Source: a virus (lineage: Duplodnaviria; Caudoviricetes). From it: DNA of 64,000 nt. A program made the translations under genes and the position numbers. The notes below the pieces were generated by a model, which worked only from the letters and a program-made list of their open reading frames with translations, did not search any database and had not been told where the DNA came from. The DNA is taken from IMG/VR virus record IMGVR_UViG_3300020469_000008, positions 1 through 64,000 of that record; one strand, 5' to 3'. Shown piece by piece: positions 1 to 10,600 of this stretch (its first letter is position 1; every line of letters starts with the position of its first letter).

Positions 1-1557
1 CCTGCCGCTGCACCTGCATATGCAGAAGTTGAATTAGAAATAGTTGTACCTGCAAAACTAGACTCAACAGGTATCGCTGTGCCAGATGAAAGTGCTTTAC
101 CTGTTATTAAAAAGAACTCTATATTTTCCACACCAGGCGGAACAAGGTTTTATTTGTTAGAAGACGTAGACTTTAAAGATAGAGATAATTTAAACAGACT
201 AATTGCAAATCAATCTATTGGACAAACGTCAGGTTCAACAATAATTAATTTTCTACTGGTTAGAAAAGGATTAGTATCAAGCGCACGCATCATAACTGAA
301 TCATTTACAATTGAAGATAACAACGTTCCGTTTAGAACTGTTACATTAACAGAAGACAATGTAAACGAAATTATCTCAGTTGTTGATAGTTTGGGAGATA
401 AATATTTTGAAGTTGATTCTCTATCACAAGACACAGTGTTTAAAGCCCTCGACAATCACAGGTATGACTCATCAGATGTTCCGTCAAGATTGGAACTCCT
501 ACATGCACCAAAAAGATTTGTAGCCACAAGAAGTGTCAGTAGCGGAAAAACTACTCTGCGTTTTGGTGCAGGTAGTGAAACTAGCTTTGACGAAGATGTA
601 ATTCCCGATCCAAGTGAACATGCAATTCGCTTATTCGGAGACAGAAAAACATTTACAACTGTAACAATTGATCCTAACAGCTTTTTAGATACACAAACAC
701 TTGGAATATCGCCTAGGAATACAACATTAAACATCAACTATCGATCTGGGGGTGGTTTAGGTGATAATGTATCAGCTGGAGAAATTAATTCGGTCGAAAC
801 TCTTTTAACTACTTTCAGAACGAGCACTACAGCATCAGACGAAGCAGCAGTCAGATCGTCATTGACTGTCTTTAACAAAAAATCAGCTTCGGGTGGCGAA
901 GATGAACCAACACTTGAAGAACTAAGAAATATAGCTATTTTTAATAGAAGCGCTCAAAATAGAATTGTAACACGTGAAGATTTAATAGCAAGAGTTTATT
1001 CGATGCCAGCTCAGTTTGGTCGAGTATATAGAGTAGCAGTTTCAGATAACCCAAGAAATCCAAGAGGTGCTGAACTTCACGTCATTTCTCGAAATTCTAA
1101 AAAGAACTTAGTAACATCATCGGATACTTTAAAGCAAAATCTAGCTAAGTATTTAAATCATTTTAGACTAGTATCAGATGCAATCGACATACTCGATGCA
1201 TCTGTTGTTAACATAGGTGTTAATTATACTGTAACGATAGAAAAAGGATTTCGTCAAGAGACTGTATTAAGTAGTATTAACTTAAAAATTAAATCTTATT
1301 TTGACCTGAAAAATTTCCAAATAAACAAACCGATAACTTACGGAGAAATTGAAAATTTAATATTAAATGTTCCAGGTGTAGTTTCTAGAATATCACTTAA
1401 CATTCTTGGTAAAACAGGCATAATTGATGGGAATGCTTACAGTGACTTCGATTTCAGTGTACAACAGAATTTAGATCGAGGATTTATATTTCCACCAAGC
1501 GGGGGTATATTTGAGTTAAAGTATCCCGATGATGATATTGTTGGGAAGGTAATATAA
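1..1557 (+). CDS. Baseplate wedge protein, T4 gp6-like / baseplate J-like (5' truncated by window edge)
   Basis: Frame is open from base 1 (PAAAPAYAEVELEIVVP...), so the ORF-track start at 79 is not the true start. Motif GGEDEPTLEELRNIAIFNRSAQNRIVTREDL resembles the gp6/BplJ ESxExIR...QNRAVT segment. Confidence 0.8.
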   Translation, partial: PAAAPAYAEVELEIVVPAKLDSTGIAVPDESALPVIKKNSIFSTPGGTRFYLLEDVDFKDRDNLNRLIANQSIGQTSGSTIINFLLVRKGLVSSARIITESFTIEDNNVPFRTVTLTEDNVNEIISVVDSLGDKYFEVDSLSQDTVFKALDNHRYDSSDVPSRLELLHAPKRFVATRSVSSGKTTLRFGAGSETSFDEDVIPDPSEHAIRLFGDRKTFTTVTIDPNSFLDTQTLGISPRNTTLNINYRSGGGLGDNVSAGEINSVETLLTTFRTSTTASDEAAVRSSLTVFNKKSASGGEDEPTLEELRNIAIFNRSAQNRIVTREDLIARVYSMPAQFGRVYRVAVSDNPRNPRGAELHVISRNSKKNLVTSSDTLKQNLAKYLNHFRLVSDAIDILDASVVNIGVNYTVTIEKGFRQETVLSSINLKIKSYFDLKNFQINKPITYGEIENLILNVPGVVSRISLNILGKTGIIDGNAYSDFDFSVQQNLDRGFIFPPSGGIFELKYPDDDIVGKVI

Positions 1558-3083
1558 TGTATAGAATATTAACAGCATCAAAAGACACTTATATCACTAA
1601 TAAGATCATTAATAAAAGTTTTAGAGCGACAGACGCAAATGTTGGTAATGCAGGGACACTTGACTTATTTAAGCTTTTTAACGAAAACACACTTAACGGA
1701 TCAACTGGCTCGATAGAGTTGACTAGACTTTTAATAAAGTTTCCAATTGATGAAATAACAACACTTGACAATCAAAAAAAGATTGATATAAATGATAGTT
1801 CATTTAAATGTCAAGTTAAATTACACGATGTTTATGGGGGACAGACAACACCCGCAAACTTTACAGCGATTCTTTTTCCCTTAGCAAAAGATTTTGATGA
1901 AGGACAAGGTTTTGACATCGTTAATTTTTCTGATGTAATGAGTACTAATTATATAACATCATCTATTGTTGGTGGCACCCCTGTAACTTGGAACAGCCCG
2001 GGAGCAATGGCATCTGGTTCTCTCAGTGACTCAGGTGTCGATGTTTATTCAAGCGGAACATTGGCAGGTCCTGCAGGAAGTTCAAATGTTTCTTTATCAC
2101 CAACTTTTCAGTTTGAAACTGGTGAAGAAGATCTACTAATAGATGTAACAACCATTGTTTCAGGTACTGTTTCAGGACAAATTCCAGATAGAGGCTTTTT
2201 AATCGGTTTTTCTGGAAGTTTTGAACAGAATGATAAAAGTTATTTTGTAAAAAGGTTTGCCTCGAGAGAGGTGCAAGTTGCAGCACTGAGACCAAAGTTA
2301 ATTGTAAAATTTGATGATACCACAATAGACAGACACGCTGATTTTATTTTTAACGTTACTTCTTCACTGTATTTGAGAAATTTTCACCATAGTAATCTTG
2401 CAAATATTGTATCAGGTGCAGCAGGAACTGAGTTGACAGGCGCTAATTGTATGATTTTAAAACTTGAAAGTGGTTCTTTTAAGAAAACGTACGATGTTTC
2501 TCAAGCGCGCTTAGGGAGACATGCGCAAGCCGGTGTATATAGTGCATCTTTTGCTGTTTCTAGTTTTGAAAGCGCGCTTTATCAGCAAGCAAACATCACA
2601 GGCTCGGTTGTTTTTAATGAGGTATGGAGTAGCAGCGACGAATCTGTGACATATCTTTCATCGTCATTAACTATAAAAAGAGAAAATAGATCAACTACAA
2701 ACTTGCAAAATCAAAACAATATTTTGATCTCTGTTTTAAATATTAATGATGAGTACCGTCCGGGAGAATTTGTAAATGTAAGAGTTTTTGCAGAAAATCG
2801 TGATAGACCAGTTACTTTTGTAAAGACACCCTATGAAAAGAGAAGTCAGATATTTTCTGAAATGTACTACCGCATCCGAGACGTTGTAGATGGTAAAATC
2901 ATTATTGATTTTGATAAAGTAAATAATTCAACAAGACTGTCTACAGATGAAGGTGGTATGTTTTTTAACTTTTACACTGATTCTCTCCCAAAAGGGAGAA
3001 CATATGCTTTTGACTTTTTAATAAGGCGTAACGGTCGAGACACTGTTATTAAGGATGCAGCATCAAAATTTAAGGTTGTATAA
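1557..3083 (+). CDS. Baseplate-region structural protein, function unknown
   Basis: 508 aa ORF coupled to both neighbours by TAATG overlaps; S/T/G-rich, beta-strand-like composition; lies in baseplate cluster. Confidence 0.6.
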   Translation: MYRILTASKDTYITNKIINKSFRATDANVGNAGTLDLFKLFNENTLNGSTGSIELTRLLIKFPIDEITTLDNQKKIDINDSSFKCQVKLHDVYGGQTTPANFTAILFPLAKDFDEGQGFDIVNFSDVMSTNYITSSIVGGTPVTWNSPGAMASGSLSDSGVDVYSSGTLAGPAGSSNVSLSPTFQFETGEEDLLIDVTTIVSGTVSGQIPDRGFLIGFSGSFEQNDKSYFVKRFASREVQVAALRPKLIVKFDDTTIDRHADFIFNVTSSLYLRNFHHSNLANIVSGAAGTELTGANCMILKLESGSFKKTYDVSQARLGRHAQAGVYSASFAVSSFESALYQQANITGSVVFNEVWSSSDESVTYLSSSLTIKRENRSTTNLQNQNNILISVLNINDEYRPGEFVNVRVFAENRDRPVTFVKTPYEKRSQIFSEMYYRIRDVVDGKIIIDFDKVNNSTRLSTDEGGMFFNFYTDSLPKGRTYAFDFLIRRNGRDTVIKDAASKFKVV

Positions 3084-6000
3084 TGTCTAAAAAAAGTTTA
3101 TTTGAACGACAGACTGGCCGACTCTTTAAGCCAAAGATTTTCCGAACAACCAGTAAGGCAACAAGTTTCCTGCAGGCTCCTTCTAAAACTGACTTAAAAC
3201 TATCTGATAGTTTTTTTAACACTAATTTAGAAAGTAGTTCTTCTTTTAGATACGGTGATAAGAAAAACCAGGGAATAGTGTCAACACAACAACTAAGAAT
3301 AGAATGGGAAAGATTTGAAAATCACACATTTTTCCATTCAGCAGTTGCAAAAGTAAACGAGTCTTTTGATAAGTTAATAAACTTCTATCCTTTTGAAAAA
3401 AGCAGAAAAAGAATAGAAAAGTTTGAAGATGATCTGACAGGCTATGAAAAATATGTCTTAGATGTGTTTCCAAAAAATGTTGGTTATTTAAATTTTTCAG
3501 GAACGCAAGTAGGAGAAACAACAACAAATGGTACACAGATTAGTGTTGTTGACAAAACAGGTTTTACAGTAAAATCTATATCAGACGTCAAAGACGGTCA
3601 ACCGGTGCTTGATCCTAAAGGTAACGCGTTTTCAGTTGACTTTTTTGTAAAAATACCAACACAGATAAACGACAATCAAGTAATATTCCAGAAAAGAAAT
3701 AGTCTGGCCAATAATTTAACAATAGCATTATCTGAGAGTAACAGTACATCCAAATGTGAAGTTCATTTCTTCGTCAATTCCGGATCGAATTATTCTGTAG
3801 TAAGTGGTTCTGTAGAAAAAGGTGGTTTTTCTCACATATATGCAATGTATGATTTAGAAAACGATCAAAGACTGAAACTATTAATTGACAATAACGTCCA
3901 CTCATCAAGTCAGCAGACTAATTTTGGATTTTTAAATTATAACGGATCAGACTTGACGATTGGTAACGGGCAGAACGCACGTGTCGGAAGTACGATTTTT
4001 ACAAACAAACAAACGTTTTCTGGTTCAATTGACGACTTGAAATTTTTCCACTCTGTAGATCCAGTAGCAACAGTTAAAAAGCGTAAGCTTAAATCTTTTT
4101 ATGGAAACGATAGCGACAACAGCTTGAAACTGCATTTAAAGTTTAACGAACCTTATGGTGCATATGCAGGAAATAGTTTAGTTTTAGATTCTTCTGGTAA
4201 TTCACTGCATTCGTATATTACAAATTTCACAGTTTCAAATCGTCTAACCGGATCTGATGTACCTTTAACTGCAGAAGACAAAGAGAGGAACCCAATTCTT
4301 TTCCCTGCATTTTCTAAAGTATCAACATTAAATACGCGGCTTTTAACAACAGCTTCTTTGTATGATGATTATAATCCTAATTTAATCATAAATTTGATAC
4401 CTCGTCATTATTTTAAAAATGGAACACAATTTAGAGACTATGAGGAAGAATTAGAAAGGCTACAAAATAACTTTAGTACATTCAGTTCAAATCAACCTGG
4501 AAAAAACATATCGGAAATACCTGAAACACAACTTTTGATAAAGTTACTTTTAAGCTATAGTAAATATTTTGATGAATTGAAGTTGTTAATAGATGGTATT
4601 ACTAGCTTTAGACACACAAGTTACAATGATTATGATACAACTCCTGACCCATTACTTGAAGAAAAATCAAAAATACTTAATGTGACTTTGCCAAACTTGT
4701 TTTCTTACGGTAGTGTAGAGCAATTATTTGAAGGTGTTAACTTAAAAAATGATTCACGAAAATCAAGAAGATCGCTAGTAGAGCTCCAAAATTTAATTTG
4801 GCGTAGAATTATTAGTGAAGCACCAAGAGTTAACTTAAGTCGGGGGACTATTAGATCTATAAAGAGTGTATTTAGGTCTGCTGGAATTGAGCCTGATAAT
4901 ATTTTAACAATTAGAGAGTATGGTGGTTCTAAAATTAAAAGTTTGAGTGCATCAAAAGAATTAAAAAGAGATGTGTTTAAGTTTCTTACTTTCAGCGGCT
5001 CAATCTCAAAGACAACAACAGGTAATACAGCACAAGGTTACCCGACAAATATAGAAATACCAAAGTTAAAGACCTCCTTTTTATCCGGATCCCGAACACA
5101 AATTGGTCGCCCAAACCCTCGCGGTACATTTATTAACAAGGACGATACTAATGTTCACGGTGTAAGTAATAATGTTTCTGACGGTTTGCTGACATCGGGT
5201 AGTTTTACATTTGAAGGTTTTTATAACTTTCCTGGTGGATATAGAAAGAACCAGAGTTTAATCAGGCTACATACAACAGGTACGTCGAACCCAAGTAGTA
5301 CTGAATCTGTTATTACAAATTTAATCGCTTCAAATCATTACTTGCGACTGTATTTTAAAGATAGCCCAACTGATACAACTACACGTGAACTATTCTTAAC
5401 AGGCGTTAACATTTTTGATAGCGACACTTGGTACGTATCATTTGGTAAAGAAAATACACACGATATCAAAGCTGTGGGTACCAGTTCATATTTTTTAAGA
5501 GCAGCAAAACAGCTAAACGGCGACATAATCGCCCAGTATCATACTGCGTCAATATTTAGCGAGCACAATGATAGTGTTTTTAAAAATATCAGCGCGTATA
5601 ACACTTCTGGAAGTTTTTTAGTGATAGGCAGTCAATCCTTTCAAAATCCAGGCGCTGGAAATCTTTTCTTAAACGGTGCCAGCACACCATCTGATGCGAA
5701 AGTAACTAGTTTTCACGGTATGATCACTAATTTAAGATTTTTCTCTAAAAATACGAATCTGAAAGAATTTAGAAATCGTTCAAAAAATTACGATAGTTTT
5801 GGTGTAGAAAACCCATCAATTAATTACAATTTCACACCTGCGTCGACCGGTTCATTTGAGAGATTAATATTAAACACAGATTCAAAGCAATTTACAACAG
5901 GTACGGATGTTTCAGGGAATATTCAATTGTTTGATTTTTCTCAGAACAATTTTCACTTTGTTGGCACTAATTTCGAATCAAATAAAAACGTATTTAAAAA

Positions 6001-6589
6001 TTTAAGAGTCAACTTTGAAGTTTTGTCAGATAAATTTGACTTAAATTATACACGTGACAAGATAAGAATTAGATCTTTTGAAGAAATAGAAAATATTGAA
6101 GACGGTCATTTTAGTACAATTGCTCCAGTGCACGAAATATTGCCAAGCGAAGAATCTGTCGACGATAACAGACTATCAGTGGATATGTCAGTAATGAAAG
6201 GGTTAAACGATAACATGCTGAGAATGTTTGATGATTTTGATAAGTTAGAAGACGCGTTTGGGAATCCTAATTTGATTTTTGGAGAATCTTATCCAGAAGT
6301 TAGACATTTAAGAGATGTGTATTTTAACAATGTCTTAGACGTGTTAAATCTGCAAAAGTACAGAGAGTTATTTAAGTGGGTTGATAATGCGTTTGAAGAT
6401 GTTTTGTACACTTTGGTTCCTCGAACCACAAACTTTTTAGGTGTCAATTTTATATACGAATCGCATGTATTAGAAAGGAACCGTTTCAGATATTTGTATG
6501 ACGAAATTTATATGAAATCAATTCAACGAGACGGAAATAGAGGTAACTTGTTTTTATCACAATTCGTAGCACATTTGAAAAAACACTAG
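3083..6589 (+). CDS. Large baseplate wedge-like protein with two LamG/concanavalin-like domains
   Basis: 1168 aa; LamG-like segments (FSVDFFVKIP...FSGSIDDLKFF; FTFEGFYNF...WYVSF...FHGMITNLRFF) flank a helical region (YFDELKLLIDGI...IWRRII...RGTIRSIKSVFRSAG) reminiscent of P2 gpI / T4 gp7 wedge proteins. Confidence 0.6.
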   Translation: MSKKSLFERQTGRLFKPKIFRTTSKATSFLQAPSKTDLKLSDSFFNTNLESSSSFRYGDKKNQGIVSTQQLRIEWERFENHTFFHSAVAKVNESFDKLINFYPFEKSRKRIEKFEDDLTGYEKYVLDVFPKNVGYLNFSGTQVGETTTNGTQISVVDKTGFTVKSISDVKDGQPVLDPKGNAFSVDFFVKIPTQINDNQVIFQKRNSLANNLTIALSESNSTSKCEVHFFVNSGSNYSVVSGSVEKGGFSHIYAMYDLENDQRLKLLIDNNVHSSSQQTNFGFLNYNGSDLTIGNGQNARVGSTIFTNKQTFSGSIDDLKFFHSVDPVATVKKRKLKSFYGNDSDNSLKLHLKFNEPYGAYAGNSLVLDSSGNSLHSYITNFTVSNRLTGSDVPLTAEDKERNPILFPAFSKVSTLNTRLLTTASLYDDYNPNLIINLIPRHYFKNGTQFRDYEEELERLQNNFSTFSSNQPGKNISEIPETQLLIKLLLSYSKYFDELKLLIDGITSFRHTSYNDYDTTPDPLLEEKSKILNVTLPNLFSYGSVEQLFEGVNLKNDSRKSRRSLVELQNLIWRRIISEAPRVNLSRGTIRSIKSVFRSAGIEPDNILTIREYGGSKIKSLSASKELKRDVFKFLTFSGSISKTTTGNTAQGYPTNIEIPKLKTSFLSGSRTQIGRPNPRGTFINKDDTNVHGVSNNVSDGLLTSGSFTFEGFYNFPGGYRKNQSLIRLHTTGTSNPSSTESVITNLIASNHYLRLYFKDSPTDTTTRELFLTGVNIFDSDTWYVSFGKENTHDIKAVGTSSYFLRAAKQLNGDIIAQYHTASIFSEHNDSVFKNISAYNTSGSFLVIGSQSFQNPGAGNLFLNGASTPSDAKVTSFHGMITNLRFFSKNTNLKEFRNRSKNYDSFGVENPSINYNFTPASTGSFERLILNTDSKQFTTGTDVSGNIQLFDFSQNNFHFVGTNFESNKNVFKNLRVNFEVLSDKFDLNYTRDKIRIRSFEEIENIEDGHFSTIAPVHEILPSEESVDDNRLSVDMSVMKGLNDNMLRMFDDFDKLEDAFGNPNLIFGESYPEVRHLRDVYFNNVLDVLNLQKYRELFKWVDNAFEDVLYTLVPRTTNFLGVNFIYESHVLERNRFRYLYDEIYMKSIQRDGNRGNLFLSQFVAHLKKH

Positions 6590-6596
6590 GTAAATC

Positions 6597-7691
6597 ATGA
6601 CAAGACTATCACCATTATTTTTAGATAAAGCATCATCAGGCGTTCGAACAATACTTGAGTTTTCACCGTCTATACAGAATTTAGTAACATCCGAAATATC
6701 TGGCACCATGTCGCCAGCAGCAATCGCTAGATTAGGCGTAGCAGTGGTTTCGGAGACACCTGTGAGTCGATCGTATGAAAACGCCGGCGTTGGTGGTGTA
6801 AGATTAGGTAATGTCACAGTTTATGAAAACGGTGAGCCGGCAGAACAGATCGATATGAGGCATTTTGATATATTTAGAACAGGCAAGAATATAAAATTGT
6901 TCAAACACTTTGGTGTCCAGTGTGGAAGTCCGATGGTAAGGATATCACCTGAAGGTTTTTTTGAGGAAAACACGCCAAACGTTATTAATCATCAAATGCA
7001 GTTTAACAGCTTTGGGATGGGATTAAACTATAAAACAGTTGATGAAAATTATGTGTTTATACCTTTTGTTGATTTTTCACAAGTAGTTGCTGCTGATGCA
7101 GTAAGCGGCTCAGTTGCTGCGTATCCTTTTGTGCACGACAGACACAGAAACATTGATCATTATATGGATCCGAGTAAACCAAAACATGACGGTGCCATTG
7201 ATACATTTGAGGTACGATCTTCATTGACAAACCTTTCAGTCAGTGATATTATGTTGTTTGGCGCCAAGTCAAGTTTTGCCGGCGGTGGTATCGACCAAGC
7301 CCAAAAAGGTGGCGTTGCAATCGCTAATAAGTTTGAAATAACAAAACCTGAAGAGGGTAGAGAAATATTTGATGATTCACAGGAGACAATGTTTTCAGGC
7401 GTCAATTTTAAGAAAAGAGGTGTAAACACATCACTAAGTGAAAATATGTTTCCATTACCTGGTTTTGTTGACAATTCAAGATATAAATTGTCACCATTTA
7501 AAGAAAATGTTGATTATATTAGCGGTAGTTATACATTTGCAACATCAAATATGAATGATTTTTTATCTAGTTCAAGAAATTCTATAGGTGATCTAGGTAC
7601 GCGTTTTAAGTCTGCAACTTGCGGGTTAGTATTTAATGAAAGCAATAAATATGGAACTGATTCAATTGCGTTCGGGGGTTTAAAAAAGTAA
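6597..7691 (+). CDS. Virion structural protein, function unknown
   Basis: 364 aa ORF in baseplate cluster, TAATG-coupled to next gene. Confidence 0.55.
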   Translation: MTRLSPLFLDKASSGVRTILEFSPSIQNLVTSEISGTMSPAAIARLGVAVVSETPVSRSYENAGVGGVRLGNVTVYENGEPAEQIDMRHFDIFRTGKNIKLFKHFGVQCGSPMVRISPEGFFEENTPNVINHQMQFNSFGMGLNYKTVDENYVFIPFVDFSQVVAADAVSGSVAAYPFVHDRHRNIDHYMDPSKPKHDGAIDTFEVRSSLTNLSVSDIMLFGAKSSFAGGGIDQAQKGGVAIANKFEITKPEEGREIFDDSQETMFSGVNFKKRGVNTSLSENMFPLPGFVDNSRYKLSPFKENVDYISGSYTFATSNMNDFLSSSRNSIGDLGTRFKSATCGLVFNESNKYGTDSIAFGGLKK

Positions 7692-10600
7692 TGCCAAAGA
7701 AAAAGCCAGATATAATATCTTTAAGCCAGTATTCATTACTGTCAAACTTTACTGCTGCTGATCTTGCGGGAAACGCATCCTCGTTTACTTTTAGTAGTAG
7801 TAGTAATTTAAAACTATGGTTAGACATTACAAGTACGATATCCGACAGGTCAGACCAAAGTTCAAATATAAGCTCAACTGAATACGAACACACGGCGCCG
7901 TCATTACCTTCTTCGAACTTTTTTACGACAAATTTAGGCGGGAACTATACATTTAATACAGCAAAGTTTGATGATAGTGAAAACATAAATGCAAAAATTA
8001 CATATTCTTCCCGTACTCTTTCCCCAACTGATGGCTCTGGAAATAATAGATCTTTTTCTATAAGCTTGTGGTTCCAGAGGAATAGTGACCACGCCACATC
8101 AAGCTTTAGTGTGGGTGGTTTGTTTTCTTTAGGTAGTGCGTCTCTATTGGAAGAAGTTCAAGTAAAAATTAATGAGAATAATGGTAGTTTAACCTTTAAT
8201 ATTAGAGATACAAACAATGGTCAGTTTTTTCAAGCACTGTGCACAGTGGCTACTGCTTCTTTTCACGATAAATTTGCACATTTAGTTTGCACATATGATC
8301 ACACACTTGGTACCCACGTGGGTTTAAAAGTTTACATCAATGGGGTAGATCAAAGTGCAACAACATCCGCCGCCGGAACGCCTGTCGTTAGAGGTGATGT
8401 AACTACTTTGCTCATTGGAAGCATCGCCAACGGCTCATCTGAGTTTGATGGAAATATTTCCGAAGTTGCTTATTTTCTTGACAAGGCGCTGGGCGCATCA
8501 GAAATTTCCGCTATATATAACGCAACATTATATGGTGTAGCAGGCATAACAACAGATCATAATTCCGGAATACTTAATAGTCCGACAAGACTACTAATAC
8601 GTGATGACGATAGCAGTTCAGGAAGGTACCCCACAATACACAGAATGAACCGGTTTGGTACTGATGGTATAAAACAAAACATTGCATTCGACGATAAACA
8701 CACAGTAAGATACGGGACTCGTATCACAGACAATTTTGACATACTTAATATCCGCAAAAAAACGCAAAGAACAAAAGCAGTTGACGAAAAAAAGTGGGTC
8801 GTGTCAACGAAGGATGTGCAACTGCAAAGAGAGAATGAGGGTGCGCTAATATCCGCATTTGGAACAACATCGGATGATCCCACTGCAGTCAAAAATGGAA
8901 TATTGATGTTAGGCGGTGTGTCTGATGGCGAAGGTAGGTGGGTCCGGACAAAAGAAAAGGTATCAAAACCAACACTTATTTTTTCTTTACTCCAGGGTCC
9001 ATACAACACCGGTGCAGACAACGACTTCGCGACTTTAAGGCTCCATCAGGGGCTACCAACAGATACTTTGGCGGTTCAAGTTAGTACAACAGGAACTGTA
9101 GGAAGTTGGAAAACAATACCCTTGATAAAAGAATTTATTTCAAACAATGCGAGTTCGTTGCTTATAAATAGTTCTGGAGAACTAGTACACCAACCACTTG
9201 AGCTTATAATAAATGACGTAACAACATCTACCGGTGTGACCGTCGGTGTACCGGGTATAAAGCTTAACGAAAGACGTCCAGAGTTAAAAATCAAAATTGA
9301 CATGCATGTGTTTAGTTCTGCAAATTACAGTGAACCATTTTACATTCGTTTTATACAACAATCGATATCAGATACGTCTAAGATTCACTGGGCATTAACA
9401 AATGTTGATATAATTTCCAGAGATCAAAAAATAAGATATCCGTTCCTCGACGAAACAAATGATGTCGCAACTTTATTTCACAGAAGCGGCTCAATCGCAC
9501 ACCCAAATTTTCCTGGAGAGATTATCAGTACTGGGTCTTCAATTTCAGGGATATCTGACACAAGGAGTCTACCTTTTGAAGAACAAAAACATGTGCCTTT
9601 CAAAGATGACCAAGTTTTAGTTGTAACACCAGATAGTTTCTTTGGGCCTGTGACTTCACCTCAAATCGTTCCAGGCTTTGGGTCGAACTTGTTAACTAAG
9701 ACTAAGTTTGAATACGACCTAAGTACAACAGAACAAACAACGATTGGCGTAGTCACTCCAATGCCAGTAGGTAATGCTGACGAGTTTAGCCCGCCGGCTG
9801 ATATACCGCAACCTATGATGTGCTATTGGAATGACCAACTTAAAAGGTGGGAAACAATCGGTAGTATACGCCCAAATGTCAAAGCTGGATTTAATGAAAA
9901 TAGTGCACGAGAAGTAGTTACTTCATCAATGGTCGGTTTTTCAAATTTTGGCGTTTGTGCAAGAGGAACAGGTAATGATACGAGCAATGATCCTACACTT
10001 ACCCTGTTTGATCAAAATGCAATAAGTGCCCAGAATAGAGTTACTGATGTATTTGGTTTTCCTTTTTCAGGTAGATATTTTGCTTCATCGAGCCAAGTTG
10101 TAAAAGCTAGTAGTCTTGGAATCACAAAACCCTTTTTACTAGAGGCATTGCGCATTGATTACCAAGCAATGCACGGTACACCACTTGCAAATGGTTTTTT
10201 CATGACCAATAATGATTCCAACGCAAACAACAATGCTGAAACAAGTATTTCCAATGCAATTAATCAAAAAGTAAATAATTTTTTTATACTAAGACAAGGT
10301 AAAAACAATTATAATGTTAGAATAAAAGTAACCGGTTCCGCCGACGAGTTTGAGTATTCTGAACAAATCCCAGGATTTTATGATTTAGATATAGACGGAG
10401 TAGCTGAAACTTATGTTGACAGTGTGAGAGACCTAGTGACTTATGCACAAAATGTATTTGTACATTCAAACTCTGCTGGCTTGGATCGATCAGCAGGAAA
10501 TATTACATTTCAGAACATGTTGGACGCACTTTCGGACCGAGACTCTGTAATTGTTTTACCTGGTGAATCTAAGACTAACTATACAGGAAGCTATAGTATC

